A stretch of 64,000 nucleotides of DNA from a bacterium. GTDB lineage: Bacteria > RBG-13-61-14 > DATKZS01. Below are positions 35,241-44,649 of the stretch, one piece after another. Made by a program: the position numbers and the translations under genes. Location: NCBI GenBank assembly GCA_046484135.1, contig JAWOBU010000269.1:401-64400 (forward strand), given 5' to 3'. The number at the start of each line of letters is the position of its first letter. Position 1 is the stretch's first letter. Below the pieces are notes generated by a model, which searched no databases, was not told the origin of the DNA, and was given only the letters and a program-made list of their open reading frames with translations.

Positions 35241-36029
35241 TCAGCGTTCCGGTCGGGCGCGGTGGTGCCGCATGCGGGAGCCGGGCCAGGCTTTAAGATA
35301 CGAGTGCTGGCCTGTGATGTCCTCAATGGTGTAGTCCACCACCTGGTCCCAGTTCTCCTCCCGGTCCTTCAGTATCCGCTTCATCTCTTTCAGCTTCTCC
35401 TCCAGCCGCTCGATCCTCTCCTTGTTGTTTTCATGCTGGATCTTGAGCTCTTTTTCCACCAGGGGCCGGAGCTCTTTCTCGATCTCCTTTTCCCGGCTCT
35501 CGCTGTCAGTAGTGCGGTACTCCTCGGCCAGCTCGCGGATTCTGGTAAGCCGCTCATAACGCTCGGGGTCGGTCTGTTTGATCCGCTCCAGGTGCCTGCC
35601 GCGGCCCATACCGGTTCCGGCCGCTCCCATGGAACGACCCGTGCGTGGGCGCTCTCCGGCAGCACGTCCTTTCCCGTCCCGGTCGCCGCGGCGCGCCATC
35701 CAATCATGGTGCCCGTCACCGCGCATCCGGCCATGGCCTTCCGGGTGAGCCATCCTTCCATGACCGCTGCCCACTCCAGCATCCATCAGACCGCTCCCGT
35801 CGCGACGATGGCTACGCACTCCCTTTCCAGAACCATTGCCTTCACGAGGGGAGTCCATGCCGGCAAAGAGCGGCAAGTCGGAGCTGAACTCCTCCTGAAA
35901 AGATTGGCCTTTCACGCCGGCCTTTGCTTTATCGAGCCTGTCCGCGCTTGTCTTGCCCAGATAGGCGAAGCCGCCTATCGTCAACGTCAGCACCGCCATG
36001 CCCACTATCATCCATGCCAGTTTTTTCAT
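35241..36029 (-). CDS. Membrane-anchored/periplasmic protein with a His/Met/Gly/Arg-rich region and a C-terminal coiled coil
   Basis: N-terminal TM/signal, GHGRMAHPEGHGRMRGDGHHDWM tract, heptad-like EKELKIQHENNKERIERLEEKLKEM; last gene of the ECF sigma operon. Confidence 0.55.
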   Translation of the reverse strand: MKKLAWMIVGMAVLTLTIGGFAYLGKTSADRLDKAKAGVKGQSFQEEFSSDLPLFAGMDSPREGNGSGKGVRSHRRDGSGLMDAGVGSGHGRMAHPEGHGRMRGDGHHDWMARRGDRDGKGRAAGERPRTGRSMGAAGTGMGRGRHLERIKQTDPERYERLTRIRELAEEYRTTDSESREKEIEKELRPLVEKELKIQHENNKERIERLEEKLKEMKRILKDREENWDQVVDYTIEDITGQHSYLKAWPGSRMRHHRARPER

Positions 36030-36079
36030 TGTTTTGCTCCTTTCATATTAAGTCGGTTTCATGTTTAAAAAAGCCCGCT

Positions 36080-36754
36080 TCAGTAGTCCTCCGGATATGA
36101 CTCGGCAAGGCCCATCTCATACTCGAGCTCGTTTACGGCCACCTCTATATCGTCAACCGCGGAGGCCTCCACAAACACGTAGTCCAGAACTTCATCCTGC
36201 GCATCCGCGGTTTCATTCTCCGACGCGGGGGTTTCCTGCTTTTCGGGCTGGGCTTCGGTGTAATGTTCCGCGGTGTCTCCGCCTAAAAGCAGGGCCTCTT
36301 CCCGGTACATCATCTGTTCAAGATCATCTATCTCCGTCTCCATTGCGACCAGGTAGGAAGGTACCTCGGATTTTTTCCGCGCTTGTCGGACATCAGAAGC
36401 GCGGTCCGTGAAGAAACTCTGATTTATAATGAGTGCAAGGGCCAGCACCAGCACGGCCGCCGCGGGGACCAGCACCCGCGGATTCGAGAAGACCCCGCCA
36501 AAAATGGATTTAATGGCCCTTCTTTGTTTACGTTTTGCCTTTTTCCGGACCGCGGCCACGGAAGTTTCCGAGGGGATGTCCCACGCCTCGCCGGTGGCGG
36601 CCCTTACTTCGCCTATCATGGAAAGGTAGGCCCCGCAGGCCGGGCAGTCCCGCACGTGCGCGGCGATGGCCGCGTCCGGGGACTCTCCATAAGCGAAAAG
36701 CAGAAGGTCGCCGGTGGAAACCTTGTCACAGCCGTGCTCGTAAAACGGTTTCAT
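36080..36754 (-). CDS. Anti-sigma factor (zf-HC2 type), single TM
   Basis: AAHVRDCPACGAYL (H-x3-C-x2-C), central TM segment; ATGA overlap with the sigma factor gene. Confidence 0.7.
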   Translation of the reverse strand: MKPFYEHGCDKVSTGDLLLFAYGESPDAAIAAHVRDCPACGAYLSMIGEVRAATGEAWDIPSETSVAAVRKKAKRKQRRAIKSIFGGVFSNPRVLVPAAAVLVLALALIINQSFFTDRASDVRQARKKSEVPSYLVAMETEIDDLEQMMYREEALLLGGDTAEHYTEAQPEKQETPASENETADAQDEVLDYVFVEASAVDDIEVAVNELEYEMGLAESYPEDY

Positions 36755-37302
36755 TTTTTCTCCTCCGCAAGCGGGCTCAGCTCTTGCCGGAGCTTCTTCA
36801 TGGCCAGGTGCATCCTGGAGAGGACGGTGTTCAAGTTGGTCTCCTTCATGCTTGCTATCTCTTTAAAAGAAAGTCCTCCATACTCGCGCAAAAGGAAGAC
36901 CTCTTTCTGCTCGGGGGAAAGACTTTCCAAGGCCCCCTCCAGGGCTTTTTTCATCTCGTTTTTCATGGTCCGGGTCTCGGGGTCCTCTCCTCCCGCGTAC
37001 TCAGGAGGATCGGCCTCCATGCTCACCGGGTCGCGCTTCCTCCGCCGGAGCCGGTCTTTTGCCAGGTTCGTAGCTATGGAAAAGACCCATGTCGAAAAGC
37101 TCCGGTCCGAATCAAAGCTGTCCCGGTGTTTGACCACCCTGATGAAGGTGTCCTGAAAGATGTCCTCGGCTTCCTGTCGGTCTCTAACCATTCTCATGAC
37201 CACCGTGAAAAGCGGCTTCCGGTAACGCTCCAAAAGCTCCTCGAACGATCCCCTGTCACCTGCGCGATATCTGTCAAACAGCTCCTCGTCGGAATTCTTC
37301 AT
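36751..37302 (-). CDS. ECF (group 4) RNA polymerase sigma factor
   Basis: 183 aa. Region 2 (FEELLERYRKPLF...DIFQDTFI) and region 4 (LSPEQKEVFLLREYGGLSFKEIA) patterns. Confidence 0.85.
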   Translation of the reverse strand: MKNSDEELFDRYRAGDRGSFEELLERYRKPLFTVVMRMVRDRQEAEDIFQDTFIRVVKHRDSFDSDRSFSTWVFSIATNLAKDRLRRRKRDPVSMEADPPEYAGGEDPETRTMKNEMKKALEGALESLSPEQKEVFLLREYGGLSFKEIASMKETNLNTVLSRMHLAMKKLRQELSPLAEEKK

Positions 37303-37473
37303 TATGCTCTCCGATTTCCCGCTTCCATTAGATACTACGAACGGAAGACGGATTTATTTGAACAACGCCGGGTGTTCCCGTTTGGGTTAAAATAAAAAAG
37401 CAGGGCTTCTTCGCCCCGGTGCGGAAAGGATAAAGTTTCCTGGACAAAAGTCGGGGGGGTAAAAAATATGCAT

Positions 37474-37503
37474 AAAAAAGGGCGGCAAAGCCGCCCTTTT
37501 TTA
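37474..37503. terminator. Bidirectional intrinsic terminator
   Basis: AAAAAA-GGGCGG-CAAAG-CCGCCC-TTTTTT; directly follows the RRM gene stop (37508) on the minus strand. Confidence 0.65.
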
Positions 37504-37507
37504 CTTT

Positions 37508-37789
37508 TTAAAACCTGTTTTGCTGAGGTTTCCTTTTCTGCTGCTCCCTGGCATAGTTCACCTTGAGGTTTCTTCCCTCAAAGGCATAGCCGTCGAGCGC
37601 GTCTATGGACTGCTGGGCTTCGTCTTCCGTTCCCATTTCCACAAACCCGAAACCCCTGGACCTCCCCGTCTCGCGATCGGTTATGATCCTGCATTCCACT
37701 ACCTGTCTCCCGTCGCCCTCGAAGAGCTCGCGCAGAGCCTCCTCCGAGGTACGGAAGGGCAGGTTGCCCACGTACAAACGATTACTCAT
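37508..37789 (-). CDS. RRM-type RNA-binding protein (93 aa)
   Basis: RNP2 LYVGNL and RNP1 RGFGFVEM motifs. ATG at 37789 with AAGGAG RBS; the upstream part of the track ORF is unlikely to be coding. Confidence 0.8.
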   Translation of the reverse strand: MSNRLYVGNLPFRTSEEALRELFEGDGRQVVECRIITDRETGRSRGFGFVEMGTEDEAQQSIDALDGYAFEGRNLKVNYAREQQKRKPQQNRF

Positions 37790-38265
37790 CTCTCTTTTCT
37801 CCTTTTCGAAACTTGACCGCTTACGGTCTTCCATCCTCGCTTCCGGGCCGCGATCCAGAAGCCTCCTTACCAAGCCCTGCTGACGAAGCCGTGCATCCTT
37901 TGCGATCAAGCGAACGAAAGGAGCCGATCGAGCACGAGCCGTCCGGGTAGATTACTTCGCGGCGAACTGCCCGGCTATTTAATTGTAGATTACTCCAGTA
38001 TTTTCAATCTGTCAATATGGAAATTGAAAAAAAACGAAATAAACTCTCCGCGCCGGCGAGGAAAAAGCCGGGCCTGTAGAACACTCTTTTTATGGACCGT
38101 TACCGAAAAACCTTCCCCCTCTTAAAACCATACCGGCCCTGATGCGTTTTACCCTGACAGGTTTTGGAAACAGCCGGTCGCTATATTTGGCCGGACCCGG
38201 TTGCCGGAGATAAAATTCTTCCGGTACCAAGAAAGATGAGGATTCAAACAAAGGAGAGAGTAAAG

Positions 38266-41200
38266 ATGAAATCTTACGCTGCCATCGCAACCCTGTTTCT
38301 GGCCATGTTCCTGACCCTGTTCAGCACGGGAGAAACCAGGGAGAACCCGGTACTGGACGTCTACGTTTTCTCGCCGGCGGAGCTCGATCCCGGCTCCCGC
38401 GCCTCCTTCCGGGTGGTGGTCAAGGAAGCGAAGAGCCTGACCGACTCCCGGCCGGTGGAAGGCGCCCGGGTGTGGGTAGGCTTAAAGGGCGAAGAAGACC
38501 ATTCCCTTTTGGTGGCCCGGACCAATGAGTCGGGCAGTATAACCCGGTCGGCGCGAATACCCGATGTGCCCGCGGGAGATGATTACGAGCTCGAGGTCCG
38601 GGTATCATCCCGGCTCGGAACAAAGAAGCTCAGCAAAGAAGTAAAGATAGCGCCGCGCTACCGGGTGCTCCTAACTACTGACAAGCCGCTCTACCAGCCG
38701 GGGCAGCTCATCCACATCAGGTCGGTGTCGCTGGGCATGGCCGAGCTTTCGCCCGTGGCAAATGAAAAGGTGGTCCTCGATGTCGAGGACCCGCAAGGCA
38801 ACAAGGTGTTCAAGAAGATCGGCGAGACCGACGAGTACGGCATCTTTGCCGCGGACTTTCAACTGGCGTCGGAAATCCGACTGGGCAGATACCTGGTCCG
38901 GGCCAGCGTGGGTGACCGGAGCGCGGAAAAGACAATCAAAGTTGACCGCTACGTGCTTCCCAAGTACAAGGTGGTCCTGGACACCGACCGGAGCTACTAC
39001 AAGCCGGGCGAGGAGGTGCACGGCACGGTGAGCGCCAACTACTTCTTCGGAAAGCCGGTTGCGGGCGGCAAGGTAGAGGTAACCGCAGAGGCCTTTGACG
39101 TGGAGTTCCACAAGGTGGCTGAGGTTACCGGCCGCACCGACGACGACGGCAACTTCGAGTTCGAGCTCGAGCTTCCCGACTACTTTGCCGGACAGCCCTT
39201 GGAGCAGGGGGACGCTTTTGTAAAGATCACCGCCAAGGTAACGGACCAGGCCGAGCACGAGGAAGAGGCCACGGTACAGCGCAAGGTGTCGGCCACCGAC
39301 CTCAACCTTGCGCTGGTGCCGGAGGCCGGCCGGATCATTCCCGGGGTCGAGAACACCATCTACGCGGTGGCGTCCACCCCGGACGACAAGCCGGCCCGCG
39401 CCCGCGTAACCATCAAGGCGGGAGACAAGACCATGACCGCCCGCACCGGCCGGGCGGGTATCGCGTCCGTGTCTTTCGTGCCCGAGGCCGACGACTTCCT
39501 GCGTCGCGGCAACAAACTTCATCTTTCCATCCGGGCGCACGCAGAGGACAGGCGCGGCAACGAGGTCGAGATAAAAAAGGACTTATCCGCAAAGGACACT
39601 AATGACAATGTCATGTTGCGCACCGACCGGGCGCTCTACACTGCGGGCGAGGACATGGAGCTCGAGGTCCTGTCCACCCGTGGCACCGGCACGGTTTACA
39701 TAGACCTCATCAAGAACCGGCAGACGGTGCTCACGCGGTCGGTGGAGATCAAGGACGGCAGGGGCCACACCCGGGTCTCCATTGGACCGGACGTTTTCGG
39801 GACCGTCGAGGTCCACGCTTACTCGATCCTGGGCGACGGCGAGATCATGCGGGACAGCCGGGTGGTCTACATCGAGCCGCAAGACGACCTCGATATTGAC
39901 GTGTCCCTGGACAAGGACACCTACCGGCCGGGGGAAGAGGCCCGGCTTGTATTCAAGGTTACGGATGATAAAGGCCGGGGAAAGGCCGCGGCCCTGGGCC
40001 TGTCCATAGTTGACGAAGCGGTGTTCGCCATCCAGGAGATGCAGCCCGGGCTTCTCAAGGTGTACTTCACCCTGGAGAAGGAGCTGGCCAAGCCGCGCTA
40101 CGAGGTCCACTTCTCGCCCGGCGGCTACACCATGGAAAAGGCGATACAGGAGCAAGAAGCCAAGGCGTCCCGCGACCGGGCCATGAAGGTCATGCTGGCG
40201 GGCGTGAAAAACCCCACCGAGCCGGAGTGGGCCAACAACCCGGCAAAGGAAAGGCTGGAAAAGGAGAAGAAACAGCTTCAAAGCTACGCCCGCAAGTTCG
40301 CTGGCTGGGCGAGCTCGCACCGGTTCCTGGAGAAAAACCGGCAGGGACAGTGGGTGTACCGGAGCGATGTAACCGAGCGGATGATAAAGGACGGCGCCAT
40401 CAGCGAGAAAAAGGCCCGCGACTCTTTCGGCGGGCTTTATAAGCCGGAGATGCTGGAGAGGGTGGATTCGATTTTCAAGCTCCCGAACTTTGCCCGCAAC
40501 ATGGCTTCTTACCGGCTGGCGGTGATCTACTCGGCGCTGAACATAATGTTCGAGGAGGAGGAAGAATCGTGGCTGGGCGGCATGTTTGACGGAGGCGAGG
40601 AGCCCGAGATAACGCCTGAGCTCCTGGATAAGATGGTAAAGAAAGAGTACCTGACAGAAGGCCACATCAAGGACCCGTGGGGGAAGCGCTACATAGTGCG
40701 CTATGACGAGGACAGCAAGCGAAACCCCTACAGCAACCAATACAAGCATTACGTGATAAAGTCGGCGGGACTGGACGGAGAGCCGGACACCAGGGACGAC
40801 ATCTCCGACCCGTGGGGAGCGGGACCCCGGTTTTATCAATATGTATCGAGAATCCGCAGAGAACAGGACAAGGGGCTTTTGGGCAGGGTCCTGGACCGGG
40901 TCCGGCCGTGGTTCTCGGTGGAGGAAAAAGCCCTGCGCCGGGCCCGGCCCGTAGCAGAAGCTCCCGAGGCCCAGGGGGGCGCTATGCTGGGCGACGCTGC
41001 GGAAATGGAAAGCACGGGCAAAGACACGAGCGGCAGCGGCTCGGGCAACCAGGGCGAACAAATCCGGGTCCGGGACTACTTCCCGGAGACCCTGCTGTGG
41101 GAGCCTTCGCTCATCACCGACCGGAACGGCCGCGCCGAGCTTACTTTGCCGCTTGCCGACTCGATCACCACCTGGCGGCTCACTGCGCTGGGTCATTCCG

Positions 41201-43176
41201 CGGACGGTATGTTGGGTTCGGTAACCGACGGCATCAAGGTTTTCCAGGACTTTTTCGTTGACATAGACTTCCCGGTACAGCTCACTCAGGGCGACGAGGT
41301 CGAGGTCCCGGTAGCGGTTTACAACTACCTTCCGGGCTCGCAAAAGATCAAGCTCGAGGTCCGCGAGCACCAGGGATTCGAGCTTCTTTCCGGGGCGGTA
41401 AAAAGACTCAGGCTGAAGACGAACCAGGTGGACGTGGTGTACTTCCGGGTGAAGGCGGAGGAGCTCGGCAAGCAGAGCCTGACGGTCTATGCCATCGGCT
41501 CGAAGATGAGCGACGCTGTGAAGCGGTCGGTGGAGGTTATCCCGGACGGCCTGCGCATGGAGGACGTAAAGAACGGGCAGATCACGGGAGACCTTGCCGA
41601 GACCATCAAGATACCGGATTACGCCATCGAGGACGCCAGCCGGATCATGGTGAAAGTTTACCCGGGCGTGTTCGCGCAGGTGCTGGAGGGGCTGGACAGC
41701 ATCTTCCGCATGCCCAACGGCTGCTTCGAGCAGACCACCTCGACCACCTACCCCAACGTCATGGTCCTGGCCTACATGAAAAAGACCGGCACCATCAGGC
41801 CGGAAATCCAGATGAAGGCGGAGGAGTACATCAACCTGGGCTACCAGCGACTCCTTTCCTTCGAAGTCCCCGGCGGAGGGTTCGAATGGTTCGGAAAAGA
41901 GCCAGCCCACAAGGTACTCACCGCGTACGGGCTCATGGAATTCCATGACATGAGCAAGGTCTATCCGGTAGACCCCGCGGTGATCGAAAGAACTCAGAGG
42001 TGGCTCGCTGACAAGCAGAAGGACGACGGCTCCTGGGAGCCTGCTAAGCACTGGATGGAGACCCTGTCCGGCAACGCCTTCTCGAGGTCGGTCGAGCTCA
42101 ACACCGCCTATATAACATGGTCGCTGGCCGAGACCGGCTATGAAGGACAAGAGGTGCAGAAAGGGATCAATTACTTGAAGGAGAACATGAAAGAGATTGA
42201 TGACGCTTATACCCTGGCGCTGGCCCTGAACGCGCTGGTGGCCCACGACCGGAATGATCCCGCTGCCCGCGACATCATGGACAAGCTGAACCGGCTCAAG
42301 AAAAAGGACGACAAGCGCGGGACCATCCACTGGGAGCCCGCGGGCGAGACCGCGGTGAACGGCAAGGGCAAGACCGCCAAGATCGAGACCACGGCGCTGA
42401 TCCTCTATGCCATGATCAAGGCAAGGGCTTACCCCGCCACCGTGAACCAGGGGCTTGGCTGGCTTTCGCAGCAGAAAGACGCGTTCGGGACCTTCCAGTC
42501 CACCCAGGCCACTATTCTTACATTCAAGGCCATGCTGGCCGCGGAAGAAGGGACCGGCTCGGACGTAAAAGGGGACATCACCATCAAGGCGGGAGACCGC
42601 GAGCACACCGTGTCCATCACCCCCGAGACCTCGGACGTGATGAGGATGATAGACTTCAAAGGCCAGACCGTAAAAGGCAAAAACAGAATCGAGATCGAAG
42701 CTCCCGACAACATGGGCCTCATGTACCAGGTGGTGGGCATACACTACGCGCCCTGGAAAAAGGTTGCTGAGATAAAGGGAGAGCCGCTCCTGTCCCTGGA
42801 TGTGGACTACGACCGCACGAAGCTCGAGACCAATGACGTGCTCACCGCGAATGTAAAAGCCCAGTACAACGGCGAGAAGTCAACCGAGATGGTGATCCTG
42901 GACCTCGGCATTCCGCCGGGATTCGAGCTCCTGCCCGAGAACCTGCAAAAACTGAGAGATAAGAACGTGATCGAGAAGTACAACGCCACCGGCAGGCAGA
43001 TCACGGTTTACGTGCGCAGGATGAAAAAAGGCGAGCCCCTCGAGTTCTCCTATGAGCTCAAGGCCAAGTTCCCGGTCAAGGCCAAGGCACCCAAAAGCGC
43101 GGCCTACGAGTACTACAACCCGGAGAACCGGGTGGAGACCACCCCGGTGGAGATCGAGGTAAAGAAGGCAAATTAA
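38266..43176 (+). CDS. Alpha-2-macroglobulin family protein with a thioester motif (1636 aa)
   Basis: Signal peptide after the ATG at 38266 (AAGGAGAG RBS); repeated MG-type domains; GCFEQTTSTTYPN thioester (CxEQ) motif; VRDYFPETLLWEP. Confidence 0.85.
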   Translation: MKSYAAIATLFLAMFLTLFSTGETRENPVLDVYVFSPAELDPGSRASFRVVVKEAKSLTDSRPVEGARVWVGLKGEEDHSLLVARTNESGSITRSARIPDVPAGDDYELEVRVSSRLGTKKLSKEVKIAPRYRVLLTTDKPLYQPGQLIHIRSVSLGMAELSPVANEKVVLDVEDPQGNKVFKKIGETDEYGIFAADFQLASEIRLGRYLVRASVGDRSAEKTIKVDRYVLPKYKVVLDTDRSYYKPGEEVHGTVSANYFFGKPVAGGKVEVTAEAFDVEFHKVAEVTGRTDDDGNFEFELELPDYFAGQPLEQGDAFVKITAKVTDQAEHEEEATVQRKVSATDLNLALVPEAGRIIPGVENTIYAVASTPDDKPARARVTIKAGDKTMTARTGRAGIASVSFVPEADDFLRRGNKLHLSIRAHAEDRRGNEVEIKKDLSAKDTNDNVMLRTDRALYTAGEDMELEVLSTRGTGTVYIDLIKNRQTVLTRSVEIKDGRGHTRVSIGPDVFGTVEVHAYSILGDGEIMRDSRVVYIEPQDDLDIDVSLDKDTYRPGEEARLVFKVTDDKGRGKAAALGLSIVDEAVFAIQEMQPGLLKVYFTLEKELAKPRYEVHFSPGGYTMEKAIQEQEAKASRDRAMKVMLAGVKNPTEPEWANNPAKERLEKEKKQLQSYARKFAGWASSHRFLEKNRQGQWVYRSDVTERMIKDGAISEKKARDSFGGLYKPEMLERVDSIFKLPNFARNMASYRLAVIYSALNIMFEEEEESWLGGMFDGGEEPEITPELLDKMVKKEYLTEGHIKDPWGKRYIVRYDEDSKRNPYSNQYKHYVIKSAGLDGEPDTRDDISDPWGAGPRFYQYVSRIRREQDKGLLGRVLDRVRPWFSVEEKALRRARPVAEAPEAQGGAMLGDAAEMESTGKDTSGSGSGNQGEQIRVRDYFPETLLWEPSLITDRNGRAELTLPLADSITTWRLTALGHSADGMLGSVTDGIKVFQDFFVDIDFPVQLTQGDEVEVPVAVYNYLPGSQKIKLEVREHQGFELLSGAVKRLRLKTNQVDVVYFRVKAEELGKQSLTVYAIGSKMSDAVKRSVEVIPDGLRMEDVKNGQITGDLAETIKIPDYAIEDASRIMVKVYPGVFAQVLEGLDSIFRMPNGCFEQTTSTTYPNVMVLAYMKKTGTIRPEIQMKAEEYINLGYQRLLSFEVPGGGFEWFGKEPAHKVLTAYGLMEFHDMSKVYPVDPAVIERTQRWLADKQKDDGSWEPAKHWMETLSGNAFSRSVELNTAYITWSLAETGYEGQEVQKGINYLKENMKEIDDAYTLALALNALVAHDRNDPAARDIMDKLNRLKKKDDKRGTIHWEPAGETAVNGKGKTAKIETTALILYAMIKARAYPATVNQGLGWLSQQKDAFGTFQSTQATILTFKAMLAAEEGTGSDVKGDITIKAGDREHTVSITPETSDVMRMIDFKGQTVKGKNRIEIEAPDNMGLMYQVVGIHYAPWKKVAEIKGEPLLSLDVDYDRTKLETNDVLTANVKAQYNGEKSTEMVILDLGIPPGFELLPENLQKLRDKNVIEKYNATGRQITVYVRRMKKGEPLEFSYELKAKFPVKAKAPKSAAYEYYNPENRVETTPVEIEVKKAN

Positions 43177-43206
43177 ATTTCAAGTAAAACCAGTGATAAT
43201 AAAAAT

Positions 43207-43244
43207 CGTGCGAGCGACGGAGGCCGTGGCTTCCGTCGCTCGCA
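43207..43244. terminator. Long hairpin (REP-family) between convergent genes, probable bidirectional terminator
   Basis: GTGCGAGCGACGGA...TCCGTCGCTCGCAC, a 14-bp stem, between the macroglobulin stop (43176) and the hsp20 stop (43285). Confidence 0.5.
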
Positions 43245-43284
43245 CATGCATTTGTTACTGGAGCCGATTAAAGAGATATAGAAA

Positions 43285-43788
43285 TCACTTGCTGCTTTTA
43301 ACCTTGATGCTCTTCTGCTTTCCGGTCTCGGTCTTGGGGAGGGTTACGTTCAGGACCCCGTCCTTGAACTCGGCTTCCACCTTGTCCTCGTCAATCTCAG
43401 AGGGCACCGGTATGCGGCGGTAGAAGGAACCGTAGCCTCTTTCCACCACGTGGTAGCCCTCTTCGTCGCTCTCTCTTTCGTGCTTCTTCTCGCCCTTCAG
43501 TACCAGGTTGTTGCCGTCCAGGCTCAACTCCACGTCGTCTTCCTTCATGCCGGGAAGCTCCGCGGTGACCTCGATCTTGTCCTTCTTCTCCTTCACGTTG
43601 ACGCGCGGCTCGAACTCGGTCAAGATTTCCCTTCCGCTAAAGGGAGCGAGTCCGGCGTCGCCAAAGAAGCTGTCGAACATCCGGTTCATCTCGCGCTGAA
43701 AGGCGGTGAAGGGGTCCGCGTATTCCCTCGGACTCAGACCTTCCTCTGCTTCACGTCTCCTCCACGGTACCAAGCTCCGTATGGTCAT
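43285..43788 (-). CDS. Small heat-shock protein (Hsp20/alpha-crystallin)
   Basis: Alpha-crystallin domain ...VTAELPGMKEDDVELSLDGNNLVLKGEK...FYRRIPVP...A.FKDGVLNVTLPK; AGGAGGG RBS. Confidence 0.85.
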   Translation of the reverse strand: MTIRSLVPWRRREAEEGLSPREYADPFTAFQREMNRMFDSFFGDAGLAPFSGREILTEFEPRVNVKEKKDKIEVTAELPGMKEDDVELSLDGNNLVLKGEKKHERESDEEGYHVVERGYGSFYRRIPVPSEIDEDKVEAEFKDGVLNVTLPKTETGKQKSIKVKSSK

Positions 43789-43834
43789 CTCTCATCCCTC
43801 CTTTCGAGATTAGAGTTATATAGTTTGCGGCCTC

Positions 43835-44185
43835 TTACGCCGCGTTGACCTTGATCTGCCTGGGCTTCTCTTTCTCCGACTTGGGCAGGGTCAAGGTCAG
43901 GATGCCGTCTTTGAGCTCCGCGTTAATGTTGTCCCGGTCAATCTCGCCGGCGATCCGGAGAGTAGTCTCGAAATCGCCTATGTTGTACTCCCGGTAAAGC
44001 CTGGGAAGGTCTTTTGGTTCCTCGTTCACGTTTCCTTTTATGGTGAGCAGATCACCTTCGAGGTGAACTTCTATATTCTCAGAGGCGGTCCCCGGCAGAT
44101 CGCCTTTGACCAGGTAGGAGTCGCTTTTTTCCACTATATCCAGCGTCGGCGAGAACACCGGTTTTCTCGTTTCTCTCTCCGCCAT
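43835..44185 (-). CDS. Small heat-shock protein (Hsp20), short form
   Basis: YLVKGDLPGTASENIEVHLEGDLLTIKG...AELKDGILTLTLPK; AGGAGGG RBS. Confidence 0.8.
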   Translation of the reverse strand: MAERETRKPVFSPTLDIVEKSDSYLVKGDLPGTASENIEVHLEGDLLTIKGNVNEEPKDLPRLYREYNIGDFETTLRIAGEIDRDNINAELKDGILTLTLPKSEKEKPRQIKVNAA

Positions 44186-44232
44186 GCTCTGTCCCTCCTT
44201 TCGTGTGTTGGAAGTTTTTACTTTTCAGCTTT

Positions 44233-44649
44233 TCAAGCCACCTTTACGGGTATCTTGCGCGGCTTCTCCTCTTCCGCCCGGGGAAGATGGATGTAAAGCA
44301 CGCCGTTCTCATAGTTGGCCTCCACTTTGTCCGATTCCACTCCATAAGGCAGTGTCACCGAGCGGGAGAAGTCGCCGGATGCACGTTCGTTCAAAACCAC
44401 TCTTTCGTCTTCTCCCGGCTCTATCCCCTGGCGGGTGCCGCTAAGGGTCAGGTTCCTTCCCTGGATGGATATGTCCAGGTTCTCCATGTCCAGCCCCGGG
44501 ATCTCGCTCGTTATAACAAGCTTTTCATCATTGCCGTACATGTTGATGGCCGGGAACGTGCCGTAGCCGACTCCCCTGCCCCGATAAGGCGTCCTGCCTC
44601 TTGCCGCGAGGGGGGACCCCCACATATCGCTTGCTAGTCCGAAAGGCAT
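44233..44649 (-). CDS. Small heat-shock protein (Hsp20)
   Basis: VITSEIPGLDMENLDISIQGRNLTLSG...FSRSVTLPYGV...A.YENGVLYIHLPR. ATG at 44649, 6 nt after AAGGAGGTG (the track GTG lies inside the RBS). Confidence 0.8.
   Translation of the reverse strand: MPFGLASDMWGSPLAARGRTPYRGRGVGYGTFPAINMYGNDEKLVITSEIPGLDMENLDISIQGRNLTLSGTRQGIEPGEDERVVLNERASGDFSRSVTLPYGVESDKVEANYENGVLYIHLPRAEEEKPRKIPVKVA

Noticed and set aside
39583-42744. 1053-aa ORF antisense to the alpha-2-macroglobulin gene. Similar long antisense ORFs occur at 27225-28643, 15904-17094, 17980-19062, 45025-46014, 6239-7177 and 4646-5572.
   Set aside because: The 39583-42744 ORF is codon-aligned with the sense gene, so stops would require the sense codons TTA, CTA or TCA, which this GC-rich genome avoids. 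All of these translations are Arg/Gly/His/Leu/Val-rich shadow sequence with no RBS or recognisable motif, while the sense genes have clear homology.
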